DNA of 64,000 bases from an uncultured bacterium. Lineage in GTDB: Bacteria; Zixibacteria; MSB-5A5; CAIYYT01. The position numbers and the translations under genes are program-made. Below, in pieces: positions 1 to 8,205 of this stretch. The stretch lies in NCBI GenBank assembly GCA_963726455.1, contig CAVSCK010000003.1:758166-822165 (forward strand), in the 5' to 3' direction. A model generated the notes under the pieces. That model was not told the origin of the DNA and searched no databases. It saw nothing but the letters and a program-made list of their open reading frames with translations. Numbering within the stretch: the first letter of the stretch is position 1; every line of letters begins with the position of its first letter.

Positions 1-2
1 AT

Positions 3-1094
3 CACCCCAGTTGTCATCTGGAAGGCAGGCTCGGCGAGTTAGCTTCACTACAATTCCGCATGACTTCTGACTCGGCCTATATGTTCAACAACATAACTTA
101 TGCCAGTTTCTACTGGAACGATTGCGGAGACAATGTCCTGATATCTCCCGCGAATGATTCAGTCTTCTTGTCGAAAGGAGTGACGGATTGGGGCGGTGGT
201 CCCTATCCGCCACCTTCGAGTCTTGGCACGACGCATGGCGCACCGGATACGTGTCTCCAAACTTCGTCTGGGCGAATCCCTTTTCGCCTGACTTATTTCA
301 TGGCCGGGTTCGTGAACACGTGGCCGCATTCCGACTCGATTTCTCCTCGGGGAGATCTCAATCTTAACGGCATCGCCTACGAAATCGCCGACTTTCTCGT
401 GTACGAAAACTATTTTCTCCATGGTCTGGATGCGCTGCCTGAAATAGGCCGTGCTATGTCCATCGCGGCTTCCGATATCAATGCCGACGGGGCAACTCTA
501 ACTTATCGAGATCTGGTATACATGCAGAAGATTATCGTCGGCGACACCCTGCCCAACCCGAAGCAATTCAATGGGAAGGCAATTACGGCGCGATTTTTTC
601 AGGACACAACGGCACATACGATTGGCTCGAGTTCTCCTGCAGGTCTGGCGGGTGCATACATGTTGGTTAAGGGCGACATTATCCCTACCTTCGTCATTCC
701 AGCCGGAATGGCTCAGAACTATTACTTTGATGGCGTCTATACCCGCATTGTCATTGTCGGAAGTATGAGTATGCCGTATGCCACTGGAACTTGGCTGACT
801 TACCAGGGCAATGGCACACTGGAATATGTCTCGACCACTGACTGGCATAACGCGGAGATGATCGCCCAAATCAACGGTGATATTTTCAATTGCGGCGACT
901 TCAACGGTGACGGCGGCCTCGACATTTCAGATGCAGTTTATCTTATCTATTTCATCTTCAGCGGTGGCCCGTCCCCTCTTGATAATCGGTATGGCGACAT
1001 CAACTGCGACGGTGTCTGTGACATCAGCGACGCTGTGTACCTGATGCAGTTCATCTTCGCAGGCGGGGCAGTTCCCTGCGCTAGCTGTAAATAG
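3..1094 (+). CDS. Secreted cohesin/dockerin protein, 5'-truncated by the window edge: end of a cohesin-like domain, internal dockerin-like pair, C-terminal dockerin
   Basis: Frame is open from base 3 (HPSCHLEGRLGELASLQFRM...). Internal RGDLNLNG..EIAD / SDINADG..TYRDLVY and C-terminal CGDFNGDGGLDISDAVYLI...GDINCDGVCDISDAVYL duplicated Ca-binding loops. Confidence 0.8.
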   Translation, partial: HPSCHLEGRLGELASLQFRMTSDSAYMFNNITYASFYWNDCGDNVLISPANDSVFLSKGVTDWGGGPYPPPSSLGTTHGAPDTCLQTSSGRIPFRLTYFMAGFVNTWPHSDSISPRGDLNLNGIAYEIADFLVYENYFLHGLDALPEIGRAMSIAASDINADGATLTYRDLVYMQKIIVGDTLPNPKQFNGKAITARFFQDTTAHTIGSSSPAGLAGAYMLVKGDIIPTFVIPAGMAQNYYFDGVYTRIVIVGSMSMPYATGTWLTYQGNGTLEYVSTTDWHNAEMIAQINGDIFNCGDFNGDGGLDISDAVYLIYFIFSGGPSPLDNRYGDINCDGVCDISDAVYLMQFIFAGGAVPCASCK

Positions 1095-1110
1095 TAGACG
1101 AAAATTCCCT

Positions 1111-1143
1111 GGAGCGGCCGGATTCGGCCGCCCCTTTCACTTT
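1111..1143 (+). terminator. Probable intrinsic terminator
   Basis: GCGGCCG-gatt-CGGCCGC hairpin followed by a T-rich tract, 20 nt after the stop. Confidence 0.55.
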
Positions 1144-1218
1144 CCAGACCTATATTCGCACCAATCGACTAACAAAAAATCGTTGCCGTATCGATTCCGA
1201 GACGATATCGTCACATCG

Positions 1219-2247
1219 ATGTCTGATTACGATCGATCTCAGCAGTTTGCCGCAGTCGACGACCCGCAGTTGCCGGAACGGTTTCAGAACTATGCTCTCG
1301 ATAAGAATGTAATCGGCGAGGGCCCGGCCAGTTTCTCGTATCGTGCCACTCGCATTGACGGCAATCGCGAAGTGCGTCTGAAAGTGCTGCGCAAGCGCGT
1401 TTGTGAGTTGCCGGCAATTGCCGAGGTTTTTCAGCAACTGAAGCTGGCACAGCCGCAATTCACGGGTGATAACATCCTGAGATTCACGGGCGCAACGGTT
1501 CACAACGGCATACTGATCTTCGAATATGAATACTTCGATTCTCTAAGTCTGCGTTCCGTGATGGACACCGACGCGCCATTCCATCCCGACCTGGTTGCGC
1601 TTCTGGCCATGGAAATCATTTGCGGACTCAATCAAATCCACGGCGTCCGCCCCTCTCCCGGCTTGGGAAGTCTCGTCCCCTTACATCGAAATCTCAAACC
1701 GGAAAATGTGCTGGTATCTTCGACGGGTTGGGCAAAGCTGACCGACATCGGCATGATTGATGTCCCGGTATACTGCGATGCTGCGCGACTGGGCCTTCCC
1801 TACGACAATCGTGTTTATCAGTCGCCGGAGCAACTGTTGCGCGATGGGTACGCCGACCGCCGCACCGATGTCTATGCGCTCGGACTGATCATGCTGGAAA
1901 TGGCAACCGCACGATTTCCGTTCCGAGGCGTTGACATCTTCGAAGTCCGACAGAACATCAGAGAGAACCATCGTGAACCGTCTGATTCACTTTATCCCGC
2001 CACTCGCGACCGCAATCGTCGTGAACTAATGCATGATCTCGGGAAGATCGTCGAAAGAATGATATCGACCGATTCTGAAAAGCGAATTCAGAGTCTGGTC
2101 GACGTTGAGGGATCCCTGATTCGCTACCTCGACGGCTCCAACTACTCGAATCGAAATCGCGCGATTGCCGACTTTCTCAAGGCGCGCTCATTCGAGGTCC
2201 AACGTCTGCGCAAACGTGGATTTATCGAGCGTCTGTTCGGTGGCTGA
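1219..2247 (+). CDS. Hanks-type Ser/Thr protein kinase-like protein, probable pseudokinase
   Basis: IGEG loop, VRLKVL, HRNLKPENVL (HRD changed to HRN), KLTDIG, YQSPEQ, TDVYALG. ATG at 1219 preferred over TTG at 1183. Confidence 0.85.
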   Translation: MSDYDRSQQFAAVDDPQLPERFQNYALDKNVIGEGPASFSYRATRIDGNREVRLKVLRKRVCELPAIAEVFQQLKLAQPQFTGDNILRFTGATVHNGILIFEYEYFDSLSLRSVMDTDAPFHPDLVALLAMEIICGLNQIHGVRPSPGLGSLVPLHRNLKPENVLVSSTGWAKLTDIGMIDVPVYCDAARLGLPYDNRVYQSPEQLLRDGYADRRTDVYALGLIMLEMATARFPFRGVDIFEVRQNIRENHREPSDSLYPATRDRNRRELMHDLGKIVERMISTDSEKRIQSLVDVEGSLIRYLDGSNYSNRNRAIADFLKARSFEVQRLRKRGFIERLFGG

Positions 2248-2334
2248 TTCGAATGTACTATTTGCTGTTCAACGGGAGAGAGGGCATACCAAGAATTGAC
2301 TTGACCATTTTACTTTGGAATTATTATTAGCAGT

Positions 2335-2901
2335 ATGATACGATTGATTGTTGGTCTCGGAAATCCTGGCAAAGGTTATGCTCGTACACGGCACAATCTC
2401 GGATTCATGGTTGTAGACAGCATGATCGACAAGAAGCGGGGCCGGTTCGCGGTCCAGAAGAACGACTACCATTTGGCCGTGCTGCGCCTGCGAAGCGAAC
2501 AAGTCAACTTCGCCAAACCGATGACCTTCATGAACTTATCTGGAAAAGCGGTTAAGACACTGTTGGCATTCCTGGAGATTAAGTCCCAGGCAATGCTGGT
2601 AATTTGTGATGATTTCGCCCTGCCGTTCGGTAAGGTACGTGTACGGCTCAGTGGCTCGGATGGTGGCCATAATGGACTGGCTTCGATCATCGAAGAGATT
2701 GGAACCGATGACTTTCCGCGGCTTCGCATGGGGATTGGACCGTTGCCCGAAGGCGTTGCGGCTCACGAGTTCGTGCTGGAACAATTTTCACCGGAAGAGG
2801 TTGACAATCTCGAGTCGTTTGTTAAATTGGGGGCCACTTGCGTCGAGACAGCAATCTACAGCGGGCTGACTGATGCAATGAACAAATACAACGGTTTATA
2901 G
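2335..2901 (+). CDS. pth: Peptidyl-tRNA hydrolase
   Basis: LIVGLGNPG..Y..TRHNLGF, KPMTFMNLSG, GGHNGL. No RBS; TATTAT 7 nt upstream suggests a leaderless transcript. Confidence 0.97.
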   Translation: MIRLIVGLGNPGKGYARTRHNLGFMVVDSMIDKKRGRFAVQKNDYHLAVLRLRSEQVNFAKPMTFMNLSGKAVKTLLAFLEIKSQAMLVICDDFALPFGKVRVRLSGSDGGHNGLASIIEEIGTDDFPRLRMGIGPLPEGVAAHEFVLEQFSPEEVDNLESFVKLGATCVETAIYSGLTDAMNKYNGL

Positions 2902-2969
2902 CCGTTCCCTGTCTTCCGGAAATACCGGAAGACCTATGGTTTCAACTATAGTCCGGAGGGAGGTCATTC
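2902..2969 (+). ncRNA. Putative S6:S18 ribosomal protein leader (rpsF leader)
   Basis: Two hairpins (2911-2933 and 2934-2951) closed by CCCT/AGGG pairing over the RBS, with unpaired CCG just before it; directly upstream of rpsF. Confidence 0.55.
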
Positions 2970-3362
2970 TTGCGACTTTACGAAACCACATTCATTACCG
3001 ACGCACAGCTTTCCGACAACGAAATCGAATCCGAAGTTAGGAAGGTCGAGGAATTAATCACGGCCAATGGTGGCGAGATCGTCGAGATCCAGCGCTGGGG
3101 CATTCGTCGACTTGCTTACGAGATCAAGCACAAGCGTCAGGGCTTCTACACACATTTCCTTTATCGCGGCGAGACCGGCATGCCTGCCATCATCGAAAGC
3201 GCCTTCAAAGTTAACGAGCGAATCGTTCGTTTTCTGACGGTCGTTTCCGAAGTGGATCTTGAGGAGCGCCAGCAGCAGAAGGAAGCGCTTGAAGCGGCGG
3301 CCGCGAAGGTCGTTATCCCGCCGGTCGTCGAAGAAGGCGAAGCGGGCGAAGCAGAAATCTGA
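2970..3362 (+). CDS. rpsF: 30S ribosomal protein S6
   Basis: MRLYETTFI, WGIRRLAYEI; TTG start with GGAGG RBS. Confidence 0.97.
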   Translation: MRLYETTFITDAQLSDNEIESEVRKVEELITANGGEIVEIQRWGIRRLAYEIKHKRQGFYTHFLYRGETGMPAIIESAFKVNERIVRFLTVVSEVDLEERQQQKEALEAAAAKVVIPPVVEEGEAGEAEI

Positions 3363-3389
3363 CACTCAATCTTGGGAGAATAGTGAATC

Positions 3390-3626
3390 ATGGCTGAAGG
3401 ATTTGATAGAAGACGGCGGAAACCGTGCCGTCTGTGCGAAAACAAGATCAAGAGCATTGATTATAAAGACGATAAGTTACTGCGCCGATTCATGTTGGAG
3501 CGCGGCAAAATTGTGCCTCGGCGCGTCACGGGGAATTGCGCCAAGCATCAACGGATGTTGACTACCGCGATCAAACGCGCCCGTCACATTGCGCTGCTGC
3601 CTTACACGGCGGACACTTATCGTTAG
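3390..3626 (+). CDS. rpsR: 30S ribosomal protein S18 (Zn-binding C+ type)
   Basis: [39 protein letters not shown]. Confidence 0.98.
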   Translation: MAEGFDRRRRKPCRLCENKIKSIDYKDDKLLRRFMLERGKIVPRRVTGNCAKHQRMLTTAIKRARHIALLPYTADTYR

Positions 3627-3639
3627 CTCCGGCGTGGCG

Positions 3640-4557
3640 ATGCTGACGGACGACGGACATCGAATCGAATATGTCTGCGCGTTGGCAATTGCGCTGGCGT
3701 TCCCGCTTTCATTCAGGTTTCCCCCACTCCTGATGTTATCGACGTTGGGGATCAGCGGCATGTACTATCTCTGGTTCGCGCGACAATACTGGCTTCTGGG
3801 TCTGGCGTCGACGCTGTCAGTGATGGGAGTGTTTGCCTGGAGGGGATTCGTGCCGGGATTGCTGCTGGCCGGAGGAATAATAGTCCCGACGATGATTATG
3901 GTTGTATTAAGACGACGAGGGCTTGGATCTGCAGCCTCAGTAGCTGCCGCCGTGGTAGTGCCGTTGGGTGCATTGGCAATCAACTACCAGTTTCTAAGTC
4001 GGATGCTCGCGTTTCTGGCAGAGGAAATGCGCCGCACCGCTATCACGACAGTTGCGCCGGGAGTTTACACTCCGGACCAGCAGCGGTTGCTGATGAACAC
4101 GTTTGGTCAACTGGCCGACAAGCTCCCGTACTACTTCCCGGCGACTCTGGTTTTCCTGATCGTATCCTTGTTCGCGATCGGCCTGATCGTCGGTAATCAC
4201 ATTGTGCGGATCAAGGGAGTATTCGCCCGGCCGATAACCGACTTTTCGTTCTGGAAAATGCCTGAATGGGCGGTGATACCGGTCGGGATCGTGGCGATAA
4301 TGGTGTTGACTAATCACCCCCTGTTAGCGATTATTGGCTGGAACGCGCTGCTGTTTCTGGCAGTGCTGTATTCAGTTTGCGGCTTATCGCTCGTCGAGTA
4401 TGCGTTGCGAATGCGCCATGCGCCGACCGCGATTAGAGTTGCTGTATATGTGCTTCTGTTTTTGACGCAGTTGGTGGCGGGGATTCTCCTGCCGCTGCTG
4501 GCGTTGTTCGACTCGAAATTTGATTTCCGCAAAATTCGGGCAAAACAGCTGGGTTAA
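3640..4557 (+). CDS. DUF2232/YybS family membrane protein
   Basis: Multi-TM protein between rpsR and rplI (conserved position); FSFWKMP and C-terminal LFDSKFDFRK motifs. Confidence 0.8.
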   Translation: MLTDDGHRIEYVCALAIALAFPLSFRFPPLLMLSTLGISGMYYLWFARQYWLLGLASTLSVMGVFAWRGFVPGLLLAGGIIVPTMIMVVLRRRGLGSAASVAAAVVVPLGALAINYQFLSRMLAFLAEEMRRTAITTVAPGVYTPDQQRLLMNTFGQLADKLPYYFPATLVFLIVSLFAIGLIVGNHIVRIKGVFARPITDFSFWKMPEWAVIPVGIVAIMVLTNHPLLAIIGWNALLFLAVLYSVCGLSLVEYALRMRHAPTAIRVAVYVLLFLTQLVAGILLPLLALFDSKFDFRKIRAKQLG

Positions 4558-4591
4558 CACGTAAAAAGAATGAGTAATAGGAGATATAGCG

Positions 4592-5041
4592 ATGAAGGTG
4601 ATCCTGAAAGAAGATGTCGATACTCTCGGCAAGTGCGGTGAGGTTGTGGAAGTGAAATCCGGCTACGGGCGCAATTTCCTGCTCCCGCGCAATCTGGCAA
4701 TTTCGGCCACCAAAGGTAATATGCACGCGATTGAAGAGCTGCGCAGCCAGCAGCAACTGCGCCAGGCAAAGGTGCGCCGCGCGGCCGAAACGATCAAGTC
4801 GCGCATCGAAAAAGCGTCCTGCACCGCCGAAGTGAATGTCGGCGAGGATGACAAAGTATTCGGTTCCGTAACTGCTCAAGCGATCGCCGATCTGCTGGCA
4901 ACGCAGGGCATCGAGATTGACCGCAAGAAAATCATGCTGGAAGAACCACTGAAAGCATTGGGTGTCTATACGATTCCGGTAAAGATTGCCTCCGAAGTGA
5001 CGGCGAATCTCAAAGTTTGGGTGGTCAAGAAGGTCGAATGA
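4592..5041 (+). CDS. rplI: 50S ribosomal protein L9
   Basis: MKVILKEDV..LGK.GEVVEVKSGYGRNFLLP, KVFGSVT. Confidence 0.98.
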   Translation: MKVILKEDVDTLGKCGEVVEVKSGYGRNFLLPRNLAISATKGNMHAIEELRSQQQLRQAKVRRAAETIKSRIEKASCTAEVNVGEDDKVFGSVTAQAIADLLATQGIEIDRKKIMLEEPLKALGVYTIPVKIASEVTANLKVWVVKKVE

Positions 5042-5532
5042 GCAAGGAAATGCTCCCTGCGAAGATTCACGGACTGGCTCTGGATACAGCGTCCAAGTCG
5101 CCGGTTGTGATACTCGCCGCCGAAGGTACCGACAAAGTTCTGCCGATCTGGATCGGACACTTCGAGGCCTGGGCAATCGCCATGGAGCTTTCCCAAATCA
5201 AGTCCAAGCGTCCACTCACCCATGACTTGATCGCTTCCGTTATCACCGAGCTGAAAGGCAAGGTTGAGAAAGTGGAGGTTACCGAATTGAAGGAACAAAC
5301 CTTTTACGCCCGCATCTATATTTCCTGTGAGGGCGAGACCAGACAGATCGACGCTCGCCCTTCAGACTCTATCGCCATCGCGCTCAAGACCGGAGCGCCG
5401 ATCTTCGTTGCCTCGGACTTGTTTAACATCCGTGAGGATGCCGGACTGCCGGAGCGGATAAACGATCCGGAAAACCTGAAAGAACGGCTGCGCAACATCA
5501 ACCCCGAAGATTTTGGCAAGTATTCCCTCTAG
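5038..5532 (+). CDS. Bifunctional nuclease family protein (DUF151)
   Basis: LPIWIG.FEA.AI, RPLTHDL, IDARPSDSIAIAL; ATGA overlap with rplI. Confidence 0.92.
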   Translation: MSKEMLPAKIHGLALDTASKSPVVILAAEGTDKVLPIWIGHFEAWAIAMELSQIKSKRPLTHDLIASVITELKGKVEKVEVTELKEQTFYARIYISCEGETRQIDARPSDSIAIALKTGAPIFVASDLFNIREDAGLPERINDPENLKERLRNINPEDFGKYSL

Positions 5533-5587
5533 ATCGGCACCGATGGCGACGGCCGATATCCCTTTGACGTTCGCGTAAGTTACGCGA

Positions 5588-6457
5588 ATGGAGCCACCAG
5601 CGATGAGTAATCTGACCGCGACACACGAAGCATTGAAGACCAAGTACGATACGCTCAAGACGATTCTGCGGTCGTACGAACGGGTCGTGATCGCGTTTTC
5701 CGGTGGCTTGGATTCATCTTTCCTGCTCTATGCCGCCATTGAGACACTGGGAGCGACTAATACGATCGCTGCCATCGGCATTTCCGAATCACTGGCGCGT
5801 TCTGAATACGAATCAGGGAGACAGTTCGCATTAGGTCTGGGACTGCCCGCGGATCACATTATGGAAATCGAAACGGCCGAACTCAGTGATCCGGACTACG
5901 TGCAGAATTCGCCCAACCGCTGCTTCTTCTGCAAAACGGAACTGTTCCAGAAACTCAATGAGCTGGCTGAGAAATCCAAATTGATGGTTGTCTGCGACGG
6001 CGCCAACGCCTCCGATATCGGCGACTTCCGCCCCGGCATGAAAGCGGCCAAGGAAAAGAAAGTCAGATCCCCGCTGTTGGAGGCCGGGTTGTCGAAGGAT
6101 GAGATTCGCGAACTGGCGAAGGGATTCGGGTTGTCGATCTGGGATAAACCGCAGTCGGCGTGCCTTGCCTCAAGGATACCATACGGCTCACAAGTGACGC
6201 GAGAGAAACTGGGACAGATAGAACAAGCCGAAGAGTATTTGCGCTCGCTCGGATTTCGGCAATTGCGCGTGCGGCACCATGACACAGTAGCGCGGATCGA
6301 ATTGCCGCTGGAGGATTTACCCAGACTACTTGGAAACGGCATCGGTGAAAAGATCGTTGAGCGTTTTCGCGAAATCGGTTTCCTGTTTTCCACTGTCGAC
6401 CTGGCCGGATTTAAGTCGGGCGGCATGAACGTAATGTTGAAAGGCGAAAAGAAATGA
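5588..6457 (+). CDS. larE: ATP-dependent sulfur transferase LarE (PP-loop, TIGR00268-like)
   Basis: AFSGGLDS PP-loop, NRCFFCK, DFRPG, ACLASRIPYG, LRVRHH. Confidence 0.9.
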   Translation: MEPPAMSNLTATHEALKTKYDTLKTILRSYERVVIAFSGGLDSSFLLYAAIETLGATNTIAAIGISESLARSEYESGRQFALGLGLPADHIMEIETAELSDPDYVQNSPNRCFFCKTELFQKLNELAEKSKLMVVCDGANASDIGDFRPGMKAAKEKKVRSPLLEAGLSKDEIRELAKGFGLSIWDKPQSACLASRIPYGSQVTREKLGQIEQAEEYLRSLGFRQLRVRHHDTVARIELPLEDLPRLLGNGIGEKIVERFREIGFLFSTVDLAGFKSGGMNVMLKGEKK

Positions 6458-6669
6458 CGGATCAGCAGAAACCAAACATCGCTATGAAAATGGTGGTTGA
6501 CGGCGTAGAGCACTGTATCACCTTCGAGGAATTGACGCTTTCGAATAATCTGGCGCAGGAAGCACTCGTGAGTCTGTTGATCAAGAAACAACTGATCCAG
6601 GGGCAGGAACTTCTCGATGAAATCTCCCGCATCCGCAAGGAGCGCTATCATCCTGAGCCGGAGAAGTAG
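6454..6669 (+). CDS. Small hypothetical protein
   Basis: ATGA overlap with larE; helical 71-aa ORF inside the operon. Confidence 0.75.
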   Translation: MTDQQKPNIAMKMVVDGVEHCITFEELTLSNNLAQEALVSLLIKKQLIQGQELLDEISRIRKERYHPEPEK

Positions 6670-6689
6670 TCGAACCGGCTGGTATAGGA

Positions 6690-7163
6690 ATGACTGAACA
6701 ATCGTCGCAAAATTCAGGGAGCGCTACCGCGCCGGCAGTGCCGGAAACGCCGCTGTTGACCTGGTCCACGCATCCGGCTAAGACCCGACCCACATTAACG
6801 GTGGGCGTAATAGCTCTTCTTCTGCTTTTGGTAGCGATCGTTTACTTTCTTACGAAAACACCATTGTTCACAGTCATGGCCGCGCTGTTGCTATACGGAT
6901 CGCTCACACAATTCTTCACGTCGACGACTTTCGAATTTACGAATTCGAAAATTCGTGTGAACTACATCGTGAACAAAGTAGAAAAGGATTGGTCGCAATA
7001 CCGATCATATTATACTGACAAGAACGGTGTTCTGCTATCACCTTTCCCGGGGCCGTCACGACTGGAAAATTTCCGCGGCCTGTACGTGCGATTTGCCGGT
7101 AACAAGGATCAGGTGATGGCAATCGTCCGGCAAAAAATAAACTACGTCCCTGAAAAGGACTGA
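6690..7163 (+). CDS. Hypothetical membrane protein (2 TM plus possible PH-like domain)
   Basis: Two hydrophobic segments followed by a beta-rich domain; in operon. Confidence 0.75.
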   Translation: MTEQSSQNSGSATAPAVPETPLLTWSTHPAKTRPTLTVGVIALLLLLVAIVYFLTKTPLFTVMAALLLYGSLTQFFTSTTFEFTNSKIRVNYIVNKVEKDWSQYRSYYTDKNGVLLSPFPGPSRLENFRGLYVRFAGNKDQVMAIVRQKINYVPEKD

Positions 7164-7189
7164 CCAGCATCCGAGGTTGAACCGATACT

Positions 7190-7711
7190 ATGGGATTCTT
7201 TCCACTGAACTCCGCCGACGACATGCGCGCCGCCGACAAGTACTCCGATCACGAGAAAGAGCTCCTCGACAAGCTCGCAAAGAAAGTGGTCTACTGGAAG
7301 ATGACGGTGCCCGCGATCATGGCGCTGGAATCGGTCAAACCGCTGAATTACATCGGTTCGCAGGCAATGGTTTTCTTTGAGCCGATCGTCCAGTCAATAT
7401 TCAATCTCAAAGATTACGACACGCTGCGACAGATGCTGGAACGCCGTGAGACTCTGGAGATGCTGCTGCTGCGGGTAGAGTTTTTCGACGCCATCGCGCG
7501 CCGCAAGGAAAAGCTGTTCAATAAACTGAAGAAAGAATACTTGAAGACGCAGACTCTTGGATTCCGTGTCAAATCATCGATCGTCGGTTTTCGCGTGCCC
7601 AAACATCTCGAGGCCGACTGGAAAGCCAAGATGGATGCGATCGATGCAGAGGCAGCAGAGGCCGATAAAGGCAGCGCCTCGCAAACGCCCAAGACTGATT
7701 CCCCTTCTTAA
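7190..7711 (+). CDS. Hypothetical protein
   Basis: 173-aa ORF with typical codon usage; conserved-looking LESVKPLNYIGSQAMVFFEP segment. Confidence 0.75.
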   Translation: MGFFPLNSADDMRAADKYSDHEKELLDKLAKKVVYWKMTVPAIMALESVKPLNYIGSQAMVFFEPIVQSIFNLKDYDTLRQMLERRETLEMLLLRVEFFDAIARRKEKLFNKLKKEYLKTQTLGFRVKSSIVGFRVPKHLEADWKAKMDAIDAEAAEADKGSASQTPKTDSPS

Positions 7712-7744
7712 CTCCCTATTCGCCGAATTTCTATTACACACAAT

Positions 7745-8191
7745 TCAGCTGATCGGAAGCACCAGTACAGGCACATGCGTGGCGGCCACAATGTGCTCGG
7801 CGCCACTTCCCTTGATATGCTCCAGCAAGTGATCGCGACCCGTGGTGGTTAGTATTATCAAGTCGCACCCGAGTTGCTCAGCTACCTCAAGAATCTCCTT
7901 GTGTGGATCGCCTTCGCGTATGAGAAACTGATGCGGAATGTCTTCGCCACCCGCCTGCCGCAATTCGGTTTCCATGATCTTCTGTGCGGCAACCGCGGTA
8001 TCACTTTCATCGGCCACAAAATCATGCCGCGACACTCGCAGCATAATCATCTCTTTCTTGTCCATAAATTCCGGGCGGACATTCAGCAACACCAACTCGG
8101 CTCCGCTTAATCGTGCGAGTTTGACACCGTAGCTGATTGCAGCTATCGATCGTTCGCCCAGTTCGGTGGGACAGAGTATCTTTTTGAACAT
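7745..8191 (-). CDS. Universal stress protein (Usp family)
   Basis: MFKKILCPT, EGDPHKEIL, CDLIIL, GSGAEHIV...PVLV. Confidence 0.92.
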   Translation of the reverse strand: MFKKILCPTELGERSIAAISYGVKLARLSGAELVLLNVRPEFMDKKEMIMLRVSRHDFVADESDTAVAAQKIMETELRQAGGEDIPHQFLIREGDPHKEILEVAEQLGCDLIILTTTGRDHLLEHIKGSGAEHIVAATHVPVLVLPIS

Positions 8192-8205
8192 TCTGAATTC
8201 CTCCT

